Source: an uncultured Spartobacteria bacterium
Lineage (GTDB): Bacteria > Verrucomicrobiota > Verrucomicrobiia > Chthoniobacterales > UBA6821
Length of the DNA: 64,000 nt
Direction: 5' to 3'
Assembly: GCA_903868795.1 (NCBI GenBank)
Contig: CAIPWR010000041.1
Location: 18,540 to 82,539, forward strand
Made by a program: the position numbers and the translations under genes. Below, one piece after another: positions 24,465-33,147 of the stretch (its first letter is position 1; every line of letters starts with the position of its first letter). A model generated the notes under the pieces. That model did no database searches. It was not told the DNA's origin and saw only the letters and a program-made list of their open reading frames with translations.

Positions 24465-25472
24465 ATGCCTATCCGCCTCGGTCGCTTCGAAATGCCGAAG
24501 ACCCTCGTCAAAAACGAGAAAACCGCCACAGAAACCTACGCGCAGTTCGTTGCCGAGCCCTTTGAGGCTGGCTACGGCCACACCATCGGCAACTCGCTTC
24601 GCCGCACTCTTCTCTCCTCACTCGAGGGAGCAGCCATCACCTCGGTCAAGATCGAGGGGGCTCCCCATGAGTTCACCGCCATCCCCGGAGTCGTCGAGGA
24701 TGTCGTTGAAATCATCCTCAACCTCAAAAAGGTCAAGTTCAAGGCCCACGACCATGAGGTTCGCAACCTGATCCTCTCCGTGAATAAGCAGGGAGCCGTC
24801 ACCGCCGGTGACATCCAGTCGACCGCCCAGTGCGAGGTTCTCAATCCTGACCAGCACATCTGCACCCTCGACAAGAAAATGAAGTTCGAGGCCGAGTTCG
24901 AGGTCAAGGTCGGCCGTGGCTTCGCCACCGGCGACGAGAACAAGAGTCCCGATAAGCCGATCGGCGTCATCGCCATCGATTCCATCTTCTCGCCTGTCAC
25001 CAAGGTCAAGTATGCCGTCGAGCAGACCCGCGTCGGCCAGCAGACCGATTACGACAAGCTCATCCTCGACATCTGGACCGACGGACGCCTCACCCCGGAC
25101 GAGGCTCTTCTTCAGTCCGCCGCGATCCTTCGTCATCACCTCGATGTCTTCGTTAACTTCGACGACACACAGGTCGAGTTTGACGAGACACCGGTCGAGG
25201 TCAGCCAGGAGAACAACCGCCTCAAGAAGCTGCTCGCCATGAGCGTGAACGAGATCGAACTCTCCGTCCGCGCCGCGAACTGCCTCAACAACGCAAACAT
25301 TACCTCCGTCGGACAGCTCGCCCTCAAGAGCGAGGCCGAGATGCTCAAGTACCGCAACTTTGGTAAGAAGTCGCTGAACGAGATCAAGGACAAGCTCGTC
25401 CAGCTCGGTCTCGGTCTTGGCATGAAGTTCGAGCCAGGCCTTGTTGAGAATCTCGCCCCCGTTGCCGAATAA
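24465..25472 (+). CDS. rpoA: DNA-directed RNA polymerase subunit alpha
   Basis: 335 aa. N-terminal domain (EPFEAGYGHTIGNSLRR) and C-terminal domain (ELSVRAANCLNNANITSVGQL). Confidence 0.95.
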   Translation: MPIRLGRFEMPKTLVKNEKTATETYAQFVAEPFEAGYGHTIGNSLRRTLLSSLEGAAITSVKIEGAPHEFTAIPGVVEDVVEIILNLKKVKFKAHDHEVRNLILSVNKQGAVTAGDIQSTAQCEVLNPDQHICTLDKKMKFEAEFEVKVGRGFATGDENKSPDKPIGVIAIDSIFSPVTKVKYAVEQTRVGQQTDYDKLILDIWTDGRLTPDEALLQSAAILRHHLDVFVNFDDTQVEFDETPVEVSQENNRLKKLLAMSVNEIELSVRAANCLNNANITSVGQLALKSEAEMLKYRNFGKKSLNEIKDKLVQLGLGLGMKFEPGLVENLAPVAE

Positions 25473-25500
25473 TAAGGCATACTAGAAAAACTAAAACGCC

Positions 25501-26004
25501 ATGCGTCATCGTAAAAAAACCGTCAAACTCGGCCGCAGTCAGGCACACCGTGATTCGCTTCTCGCGAACCAAGTCTGCAGCCTCATCGAGCACCGCCGCA
25601 TCAAGACCACCCTCGCCAAAGCCAAGGCTACCAAGCCGCTGGCCGAGCGTATGCTCACTCTGGGCAAACAGGGTGATCTTCACTCCCGCCGCGTTGCGAT
25701 CTCCTACCTGAAACACAAGGACATCGTGAAGAAGCTCTTCACCGAGATCGCTCCTGCCGCCGCCGACCGCAAGGGAGGCTATACCCGCATCGTGAAGCTC
25801 GGAGCCCGTCTCAGCGACAGCGCCCCGATGGCTTACCTCGAGTGGGTTGACTACGCTCCCGTTGCGAAGGAGGAGGTCGTTGCCGAGACTGCTGAAAAGC
25901 CAGCCAAGAAAGCAAAGGCACCTAAGGCCGAGAAAGCCGAAGGCGAAGCTCCTAAAAAGAAGGCCGCTCCTAAGAAAGCTAAGGAAGAGAAGTCCGAGGA
26001 ATAA
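25501..26004 (+). CDS. rplQ: 50S ribosomal protein L17 with a Lys/Ala/Glu-rich C-terminal extension
   Basis: MRHRKKTVKLGRSQAHRDSLLANQ...GGYTRIVKLG core, followed by a ~50-aa tail KPAKKAKAPKAEKAEGEAPKKKAAPKKAKEEKSEE. Confidence 0.93.
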   Translation: MRHRKKTVKLGRSQAHRDSLLANQVCSLIEHRRIKTTLAKAKATKPLAERMLTLGKQGDLHSRRVAISYLKHKDIVKKLFTEIAPAAADRKGGYTRIVKLGARLSDSAPMAYLEWVDYAPVAKEEVVAETAEKPAKKAKAPKAEKAEGEAPKKKAAPKKAKEEKSEE

Positions 26005-26027
26005 AACTCCGCTTCAAGCAATCAACG

Positions 26028-26059
26028 AAAAGCCCCGGAGTTCTTCCGGGGCTTTTTTC
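26028..26059 (+). terminator. rho-independent terminator after rplQ
   Basis: AAAGCCCCGGAG-TTCT-TCCGGGGCTTTTTTCT. Confidence 0.85.
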
Positions 26060-26106
26060 TGGAGTTCAATAGTAAAACGGAGTAACTCAATTGGAAACCT
26101 CCTCTC

Positions 26107-28110
26107 ATGCTGATGCGTCAATTAAAGATAAAATTATTTTTTAAAGCAATAAGCTACAGCCTCGCAAGTGGGGTAACGATTTGCCGACTTTATTCAGCTG
26201 ATGTTCCCATGGCAAATCCTGCGAGTGTTATTGCCACGCCCCCAGGGTCTGTCGTTGTGAATTCTTTTGAGAGTGTTGAAATGGAGAAACTTCGCATGAC
26301 TAAAGAGATTGGGAAGTTAGAGCGAGAAGAGGCCGAATTCAAAGAGGGCTCTATTAAACTGCAGAAGAAGCTTATCGACGCATCTGCGTCAGCGGCTACT
26401 CCGGCAAACCTCCCCTCGGATTATAGTAGTTTTATTAATGCTCCGTCTAAGAATGTAAACCGATCCGTATACTACTATGGACAGCTCCAAGAGGCTCTAA
26501 ATCAACTCACGCCGGCAAGCCCATATCTTGCGAGAACAACAATTGATACTGTCAGTCCGGTAAGAGCGGGAGAAATTCTCAAACAGATGGGAAATTTTGA
26601 GGAAGACGAAGGAATTTCAAGAACCATCTTGAATCAATGGAGTGCAAAGGAGGGAAGTGTGAGAGACGATGCCGCGAGAATGGCCCAACTTAATAATGAT
26701 ATATCACAACTAGAAAAAGAGAGAGATCGATTACAGTGGAATTATAACCAAGGTGGAAAAATTAATCCCCTAACGGAGCGGCCATTTGCTAACGACAAAG
26801 ATCAGTCCAGCCTGTTAGAGCAAACAGAAAGGGTCAAAGACCAGATTTCTGAACTTGTTAAAGAAAAAGGCTCATTTCGTAATTTTGTTAATACGCCATT
26901 AAGAAAATTAGAATTTCAGCAATTTATTGTTCAGCTTGCGGCTCAAGAGAGATACATACACGCCCTGATTGCCTGTGGATTTTACAGAAATGTTTTCCCT
27001 GGTGGTGACATGTCCCTTTCTGAAAAAGCTTATCCTGGAGGAGGATCTGCGAATAATGGCGCTCCTGGGAACGCTGGAGGAAATTCGGGTGCCACACCGG
27101 CAACTCCAACATCAGCCGGAGCAACTGCATCACAAGGGTTACCTGTTATTAGCACAATTACCGGCATGGAAAGCTTCCTTCTCAACAGGATCAGGGATGC
27201 AAAAACCGACCGCGAGTCTGTCGAGAACATGCTTAAGTCAAAGCAACTTAGTGCCGCGGAGAGCCTTCTCCGAAAAATGGTTACAACGGCAAAATACCAG
27301 CCCGAATTGCAAACCTTCGCTTATGAAGAAAGACAGGTAGTACAAGAATACACTAAAACAATACGACAATTAACCGAGGCACTCAATAGCAAAGACTGGC
27401 CCGAAATTGAAAAACTTTCAGATAAGCTTGAACAAGAGTCAACGGATGTAGGAGCTCAAGACCTGAAAGCTTTCGCAAAAGAAAACAGACAAAAATCTCT
27501 ACTTTGGACACGAATGGCGGAAGTTGTCATGCGTGGTGGTGATATGCAGGGAGCAGAATCACTGCTAGATGCTGCACGCAAAAGATCACCTACAGATGCG
27601 CAGGTATCAGAAGCGGTCTCAAATACACAAGACAAAACCCTGACGGATGAAAAGCTCAAAGAGCAATTGGATCAGGTTTTAAAAAGTGCTGATTATGTAC
27701 AAGCATTTGAAAGAATGGGCGAATTTGCCCCGCTGGTCGCCTCTGCAAAAGACGAGAAACAAAAATCTGCATATGAGGTCCTCATAGACAAAGAAAAGTC
27801 GGTGAAAGCAGCTTTGGAAAAAAGTTCCTCACTTCAACAGATGAGTGCCCCTTCGGATGCATGGATGGAACTGGAATTGCTGCCTGATCCACTAAATAAA
27901 GATAAAAGGGTTTTAGAGAGAAAGTCAGTTCTTGCAACTGACTGTGGCCAGTTTATTTCATCTTATGGGAAAGGTAAAAAATATGAAGCTTCGGGAAAGC
28001 CAACTCTCGCCATTACTTGGTATTTGCAAGCGCTTACCAATGCACCTTCATGCACAATGTTAAAAGATAAGATCAAGTCTCTGAGCGGTGAAGCCTTGCG
28101 CAAAAACTAG
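26107..28110 (+). CDS. hypothetical secreted, largely helical/coiled-coil protein (667 aa) in an AT-rich islet
   Basis: Long uninterrupted ORF in a region where other frames are closed. N-terminal signal-like segment (FFKAISYSLASGVTICRLYSA). A Gly/Ala/Asn/Pro low-complexity hinge (GGGSANNGAPGNAGGNSGATPATPTSAG). No family recognised. Confidence 0.7.
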   Translation: MLMRQLKIKLFFKAISYSLASGVTICRLYSADVPMANPASVIATPPGSVVVNSFESVEMEKLRMTKEIGKLEREEAEFKEGSIKLQKKLIDASASAATPANLPSDYSSFINAPSKNVNRSVYYYGQLQEALNQLTPASPYLARTTIDTVSPVRAGEILKQMGNFEEDEGISRTILNQWSAKEGSVRDDAARMAQLNNDISQLEKERDRLQWNYNQGGKINPLTERPFANDKDQSSLLEQTERVKDQISELVKEKGSFRNFVNTPLRKLEFQQFIVQLAAQERYIHALIACGFYRNVFPGGDMSLSEKAYPGGGSANNGAPGNAGGNSGATPATPTSAGATASQGLPVISTITGMESFLLNRIRDAKTDRESVENMLKSKQLSAAESLLRKMVTTAKYQPELQTFAYEERQVVQEYTKTIRQLTEALNSKDWPEIEKLSDKLEQESTDVGAQDLKAFAKENRQKSLLWTRMAEVVMRGGDMQGAESLLDAARKRSPTDAQVSEAVSNTQDKTLTDEKLKEQLDQVLKSADYVQAFERMGEFAPLVASAKDEKQKSAYEVLIDKEKSVKAALEKSSSLQQMSAPSDAWMELELLPDPLNKDKRVLERKSVLATDCGQFISSYGKGKKYEASGKPTLAITWYLQALTNAPSCTMLKDKIKSLSGEALRKN

Positions 28111-28115
28111 AACCT

Positions 28116-28520
28116 ATGACCAGACAACCTAAAAAAAACACTCACTTGGTTATAACTGGAGCTGGAATCGTTGCCATTATTGCCATTGGTTCATTTTTTG
28201 GATTTAGCAAAAAAGCTTTTTCGAAAAGTGATTTTAATAAATGTGCAGCATTCCCCTTAGATAGCTATTTGGAAGGAGATGCTTTGTGGTCAAACGCTGA
28301 TTATGTGATTGAGGGAACCTTTCAAAACATTCTACTCAAGCAAGGCAGTTCAGAATGCACGCTCTGCTCAATCTTAACAGAAGACAAAAAGATACCACTA
28401 CCAGTTATTTTTACATCCGAGGCAACTAAGTCACCATTACAAAGAGAGCAGAAAATTAAGGTGAAAGTACGCGTTGAAGATGATGGAAGAATCATTGCCT
28501 CCGAGTGTGTCATTCAATAA
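28116..28520 (+). CDS. hypothetical membrane-anchored small protein (134 aa)
   Basis: Starts 5 nt after the previous stop. One N-terminal TM helix (LVITGAGIVAIIAIGSFFGF) followed by a small Cys-containing domain. It has the same AT-rich composition as its neighbour. Confidence 0.6.
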   Translation: MTRQPKKNTHLVITGAGIVAIIAIGSFFGFSKKAFSKSDFNKCAAFPLDSYLEGDALWSNADYVIEGTFQNILLKQGSSECTLCSILTEDKKIPLPVIFTSEATKSPLQREQKIKVKVRVEDDGRIIASECVIQ

Positions 28521-28616
28521 TTCAAGGCAATCGAGGCTTCTTGAAGAAGTTAACCTTATGCAGGGTCATGTACGCCTACGGACTCTGTTCCCGTAAACTA
28601 TTCACGAATTAATGGC

Positions 28617-28650
28617 GAAGCCCCGCAGTAATGCGGGGATTTTTTCTTTT
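28617..28650 (+). terminator. rho-independent terminator closing the AT-rich islet
   Basis: GAAGCCCCGCA-GTAA-TGCGGGGATTTTTTCTTTT. The T tract abuts the cstA stop codon on the opposite strand. Confidence 0.8.
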
Positions 28651-30688
28651 ATGCCGTAAGCGGTTCTTCCCGAAGCGGGTGGTTGGCATGGTGACCGGTC
28701 AGCAACCTGATCCAGACGCGTGCACAGCTGGCAACGATGAGGATCACGAGAATGAGGAAAAGGGCGGTGACCCCCGCGTTCAGGTAATTGTTAAAGATCT
28801 GGTGGTGCCAGGTCGCTAGATCCTTGGCTGAAGCGCCCATAGAGGCGAGTTTTTCAAAGTGGTTGGCGGCACTGAGGAAGCCGAGGCGTATATCGGATGC
28901 AAAGATCTTCTGCCATCCAGCGGTCAAGGTCACGGCCAGCAGCCATGAGAGCGGCAGGCAGGTCACCCAGAGATAACGTTGTTTGTTCATTTTGATCAGC
29001 ACTGTCGTGCCGAGGCTGAGTGCAATGACTGCGAGCAACTGGTTTGCGACTCCGAAGATCGGCCAGAGGGAGTTGATGCCACCGAGCGGGTCAATCACCC
29101 CTTGGTAAAGAAAGTATCCCCATGCGGCGACGAAGAGGATGCTCGCGCTCCACCCGGCAAGGGAGGAGTCGGTACGTGCGAACGGCTTCCAGAAGAGGCC
29201 TCCGAGGTCCTGCACCAGGAAGCGGCCGACCCGTGTGCCCGCGTCGATGGTGGTGAGGATGAAGAGTGCCTCGAACATGATAGCAAAGTGATACCAGAGT
29301 GATGTGGCAGCCGGACTACGGAGTACGCCGGCAAACATCTGAGCCATGCCGACGGCGAATGTCGGGGCACCCCCGGCGCGGCCAAACATGCTTTTTTCTC
29401 CGACGCTCTCCGCCAATGCATCCATCTGGGCCATGGTGACGGGGAAGCCTTGGGTCGTGATGAAGGAAACGACTTGGGAGGGGTCCCCCTTCATGTTGAT
29501 CGCGAAGTATTCTCCGGGAACCATTGAGCAGGCGGCGATGAGAGCGAGAAGGCCCACGAGCATCTCGGTGATCATGGCGCCGTAACCGATGATACGGATG
29601 TCCTTTTCTCGGGCCAGAAGTTTAGGTGTGGTTCCCGATGCGATCAGGGAGTGAAAACCGGAGATGGCCGCGCAGGCAATCGTGATAAATGCGAAGGGGA
29701 AGACTTTGCCAGCGAAGACGGGCCCCGTTCCATCGATGAACTTTGTCAGGGCAGGCATCTGTAGCTTTGGTGCCAGGGCAACGATTGCCACGCCGAGAAG
29801 GGCAACAGCCCCAATTTTCAGAAAGGTGCTCAGGTAATCCCGCGGGGCAAGCAGAAGCCATACCGGGAGTACGGAGGCCAGCAGACCGTAGATCATGATC
29901 CCGATCGCCAGCGTGCGTGCATCCAATGTGAGACACGGCTCAAGCGGTGATCCCTTGATCCACTGACCGGCCACCACGGAAAAGAGAAGCGCGGCAACCC
30001 CAAGGGTGCTGATGATGCCCAGATGGATCTTTCCCGAGCGCATCGCCACGCCCATGCAGAGGGCGATCGGCATGGAGGCGAGGATCGTGAAGAGGCCCCA
30101 AGGACTTTCCGCAAGGGCTTTCACCACGACCAACCCAAGAACGGCGAGGATGATTACCATGATGGAGACCACCCCGATCAGGGTGACTACGCCTGCAAAG
30201 GGTCCAACCTCCTCGGAAACCATCTGCCCGAGACTCTTCCCTCGGCGACGCGAGGAGCAGAAGAGGATGATGCAGTCATGGACAGCCCCGCCGAGGGTGG
30301 CTCCGATCAGCATCCAGAGGGTGCCGGGAAGGTAGCCGAACTGGGCCGCCAATACCGGGCCAACCAAGGGTCCGGGGCCGGCAATTGCGGCAAAGTGATG
30401 GCCGAACACGACCCAGCGGTTCGTTGGGACAAAGTCTTTCCCGTCTGCGTGACTGACTGCGGCCGTGCGTCGTTCATCGTCGAGCGTCAGGACATTGGCA
30501 AGCAACCACGCGGCGTGGAAGCGGTAAGCGATGGCAAATGTGCAGACCCCGGCAATCACAAGCCAGAGCGCGTTCACTGGCTCTCCGCGGGAGAATGAGA
30601 TCGTCGCTATGGAGACAATAAGGAGGAGTGAGACCAGGGCCCACGCATACCTAGGGAGAACTGAAGGGGATGGTTGTTCCTCTGCCAT
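28649..30688 (-). CDS. cstA: carbon starvation protein A (CstA family peptide/pyruvate transporter)
   Basis: 679-aa polytopic membrane protein with a CstA-type N-terminus (FGHHFAAIAGPGPLVGPVLAAQFGYLPG). Confidence 0.9.
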   Translation of the reverse strand: MAEEQPSPSVLPRYAWALVSLLLIVSIATISFSRGEPVNALWLVIAGVCTFAIAYRFHAAWLLANVLTLDDERRTAAVSHADGKDFVPTNRWVVFGHHFAAIAGPGPLVGPVLAAQFGYLPGTLWMLIGATLGGAVHDCIILFCSSRRRGKSLGQMVSEEVGPFAGVVTLIGVVSIMVIILAVLGLVVVKALAESPWGLFTILASMPIALCMGVAMRSGKIHLGIISTLGVAALLFSVVAGQWIKGSPLEPCLTLDARTLAIGIMIYGLLASVLPVWLLLAPRDYLSTFLKIGAVALLGVAIVALAPKLQMPALTKFIDGTGPVFAGKVFPFAFITIACAAISGFHSLIASGTTPKLLAREKDIRIIGYGAMITEMLVGLLALIAACSMVPGEYFAINMKGDPSQVVSFITTQGFPVTMAQMDALAESVGEKSMFGRAGGAPTFAVGMAQMFAGVLRSPAATSLWYHFAIMFEALFILTTIDAGTRVGRFLVQDLGGLFWKPFARTDSSLAGWSASILFVAAWGYFLYQGVIDPLGGINSLWPIFGVANQLLAVIALSLGTTVLIKMNKQRYLWVTCLPLSWLLAVTLTAGWQKIFASDIRLGFLSAANHFEKLASMGASAKDLATWHHQIFNNYLNAGVTALFLILVILIVASCARVWIRLLTGHHANHPLREEPLTA

Positions 30689-30710
30689 CGCTCGCCCCTG
30701 TGGTTACGCC

Positions 30711-31928
30711 TCAAGCTGCATCCAATCCGAAGGCGGTGTGGGCCAGCTTGGCCGCATCGGCGATCATCTGCTCGTCAAGGATGACGGCGATCTTGATCTC
30801 GGAGGTCGAGATCATCTGTATGTTGATCCCTCCCTTGGCGAGTGCTTCAAAAAGTTTTGCCGCAACACCCGAGTGGGTCCGCATCCCGATGCCAACAACG
30901 CTGAGTTTAGCGATGCCGTCCATCTTGCTGACTTTACCGGCACCAATCTCGATGGCGACTCGATCAAGGAGGTTGCCGATCTTTTCCAGTTCATCACGGT
31001 TCATGGTGAAGGAGATGTCGGTTGAGCCCGCTGCGGAGACATTCTGAACGATCACGTCGATCATGACGTGAGCATCGGCGAGGGCCGTGAAGAGGCGGGC
31101 TGCGCATCCCGGCTTGTCAGGGACTTGACTCACGGTGACCTTGGCCTGGTTGCGCTCGACGCTGACGCCGCGCACGACGACCTGTTCCATTCCTGCTGAT
31201 TCTTCTTTCACGGTTGTTCCTGGGTTGTTGTTAAAGCTGCTGCGGACCTCGAAGGTGACTCCGAATTTTTTGGCGAACTCGACCGAGCGTGACTGCATCA
31301 CCTTGGAGCCGCTACTCGCCATTTCGAGCATCTCGTCGTAGGAGATCGCCTCGATTTTCCTGGCTGTGGGGACGATGCGCGGATCACAGGTGTAGACGCC
31401 GTCGACATCGGTAAAGATCTGGCAGGCATCGGCTTCTACTGCAGAAGCCAGCGCTATGGCCGTCAGATCAGACCCTCCTCGACCAAGGGTGGTGATATCC
31501 CCCTCGCTGGTCTCCCCTTGGAAGCCGGCCACAATCACGATGGCCCCCTCATCAAGGTGCTTCTTGATCTGGTCTGGCGTCACATTGCTGATCTTGGCCT
31601 TGGTGTGGACTCCGTTGGTGACAATGCCGGCCTGGGCACCCGTGAGTGAAACTGCCTTGCCTCCCAAGCTCTGAATCGCCATGGCTGCCAGGGCCATCGT
31701 GGTCTGCTCGCCGGTTGAGAGCAGGACATCCATCTCTCGTTCCGTGGGATTGGCGGAAACTTCACGGGCAAGTTTGATCAGTGAATCCGTCACCCCCGAC
31801 ATCGCCGAGACAACGGCCACAACTGAATTTCCCGCCCGCTGCGTTTCGAGCAGACGCCGGGCCACATTCATGATGCGCTCGGGATTGCCGACCGAAGTGC
31901 CGCCATATTTCTGAACGATCAGGGACAT
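30711..31928 (-). CDS. lysC: aspartate kinase
   Basis: MSLIVQKYGGTSVG, an amino-acid kinase fold, and C-terminal tandem ACT domains. Confidence 0.93.
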   Translation of the reverse strand: MSLIVQKYGGTSVGNPERIMNVARRLLETQRAGNSVVAVVSAMSGVTDSLIKLAREVSANPTEREMDVLLSTGEQTTMALAAMAIQSLGGKAVSLTGAQAGIVTNGVHTKAKISNVTPDQIKKHLDEGAIVIVAGFQGETSEGDITTLGRGGSDLTAIALASAVEADACQIFTDVDGVYTCDPRIVPTARKIEAISYDEMLEMASSGSKVMQSRSVEFAKKFGVTFEVRSSFNNNPGTTVKEESAGMEQVVVRGVSVERNQAKVTVSQVPDKPGCAARLFTALADAHVMIDVIVQNVSAAGSTDISFTMNRDELEKIGNLLDRVAIEIGAGKVSKMDGIAKLSVVGIGMRTHSGVAAKLFEALAKGGINIQMISTSEIKIAVILDEQMIADAAKLAHTAFGLDAA

Positions 31929-32022
31929 GCTGAGGAGACTTTTGGCGGTTGGGGCTGAAGGTTTTTGGGGCGGACGCTGGATTCCAATGAGGAAATTTCA
32001 ATAACCCGTTTGGTCATCATGA

Positions 32023-33132
32023 TCAGTTACTGATTTTTGCAAGTGCCTCGCGGACGGCCGAGGCGGTGGCATCGGTTTCGATCGGTGCGGTGACGGCGTG
32101 CTTTGCCGTATCGGGATCCTTCAGCCCATGACCGGTGACGGTCAGGACAACTTTGGAGCCGGGCTGAATCTGACGGAAGGGGCAACTGTCGCACCGGGTC
32201 GTCTTTCCGCTACGGTTGAAGCATTTGAAGAGCGCGGCGACGGGAGCGGCGCTGGCTGGTTCCACGAAGATGCCTTCGTTGGAAGCGAGCCACTTCTGGG
32301 CTGCCAGAATTTCGGAATCCTCCACGATCTCGAAGCAGCCACCCGATTCGGAGACGGCTTGAGTCGCGCCATCCCAGCTGGCGGGGCGTCCGATCCGGAT
32401 CGCCGTGGCCACTGTCTCGGGATGATCCATGGGTGCGCCGCGGTAAAGAGGAGCCGCTCCGGCTGCCTGCACTCCCAGCATCCTGGGTAATTTGAAGCTA
32501 CGCCCAAGGTCCTTGAACTCCTTATACCCTTTCCAGTAGGCGGTGATGTTTCCTGCATTGCCAACGGGGAGGATATGGATGTCGGGCGCGTCGCCGAGTT
32601 CCTCGATGATTTCGAACGCCGCGGTCTTCTGACCCTCGATCCTGTAGGGGTTGATCGAATTGACGATTGCGAAGTCACCGGTCTCACCCAACTCACGCAC
32701 GAGTCGCAGGGCGTCGTCGAAATTCCCCCGGATGGCAACGACGGTCGCTCCGTAGATGTAGGCCTGCACCATCTTGCCACCCGCGATACGTCCTGCAGGA
32801 AGAAGGACGGCGCATTTCATCCCGGCACGGGCGGCATAGGCAGCGGCGGCGGCCGAGGTATTCCCCGTGGAGGCGCACAGGACTGTATGGGCACCCTCCT
32901 CGGCGGCCTTGGAGATCGCCATGGTCATGCCGCGATCCTTGAACGAGCCGGTTGGATTCAGCCCCTCGTACTTTACATAGACCTCACCGCCGGTGATGGC
33001 GCTCAGCTTGGGAGAGTGGATCAGTGGAGTGGATCCTTCGCTTAGGGAAATGACCGGTGTGGCATCGGTGACGGGAAGAAACTCGCGGTAGCGTGCGATC
33101 ACGCCACAATCATTGAAGGTCTTTTTCATCAA
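32023..33132 (-). CDS. thrC: threonine synthase (canonical paralog)
   Basis: PLP-lysine motif [12 protein letters not shown] and C-terminal TGHGLKDPD. It sits between hom and lysC. Confidence 0.9.
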   Translation of the reverse strand: MMKKTFNDCGVIARYREFLPVTDATPVISLSEGSTPLIHSPKLSAITGGEVYVKYEGLNPTGSFKDRGMTMAISKAAEEGAHTVLCASTGNTSAAAAAYAARAGMKCAVLLPAGRIAGGKMVQAYIYGATVVAIRGNFDDALRLVRELGETGDFAIVNSINPYRIEGQKTAAFEIIEELGDAPDIHILPVGNAGNITAYWKGYKEFKDLGRSFKLPRMLGVQAAGAAPLYRGAPMDHPETVATAIRIGRPASWDGATQAVSESGGCFEIVEDSEILAAQKWLASNEGIFVEPASAAPVAALFKCFNRSGKTTRCDSCPFRQIQPGSKVVLTVTGHGLKDPDTAKHAVTAPIETDATASAVREALAKISN

Positions 33133-33147
33133 ATTCAGATCTGGAAA

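Noticed and set aside
24206-24565. 119-aa ORF spanning repeat copy B; considered as evidence that the shared repeat tail is a small protein-coding gene (LTI[SA]E[VI]TIQVKHP..LL..RYRIIR in both copies)
   Set aside because: The differences between the two copies are not concentrated at third codon positions (about 5 third, 6 first, 3 second). Copy A has no start codon in that frame and ends at a stop where copy B reads on. The copy B ORF also needs a TTG start and runs out of frame into rpoA. It is more likely a non-coding repeat.
31929-32022. Possible lysine (L-box) riboswitch or attenuator in front of lysC
   Set aside because: The gap is only 94 nt, far shorter than an L-box aptamer. No conserved L-box blocks or terminator were seen, and lysC is probably co-transcribed with thrC.
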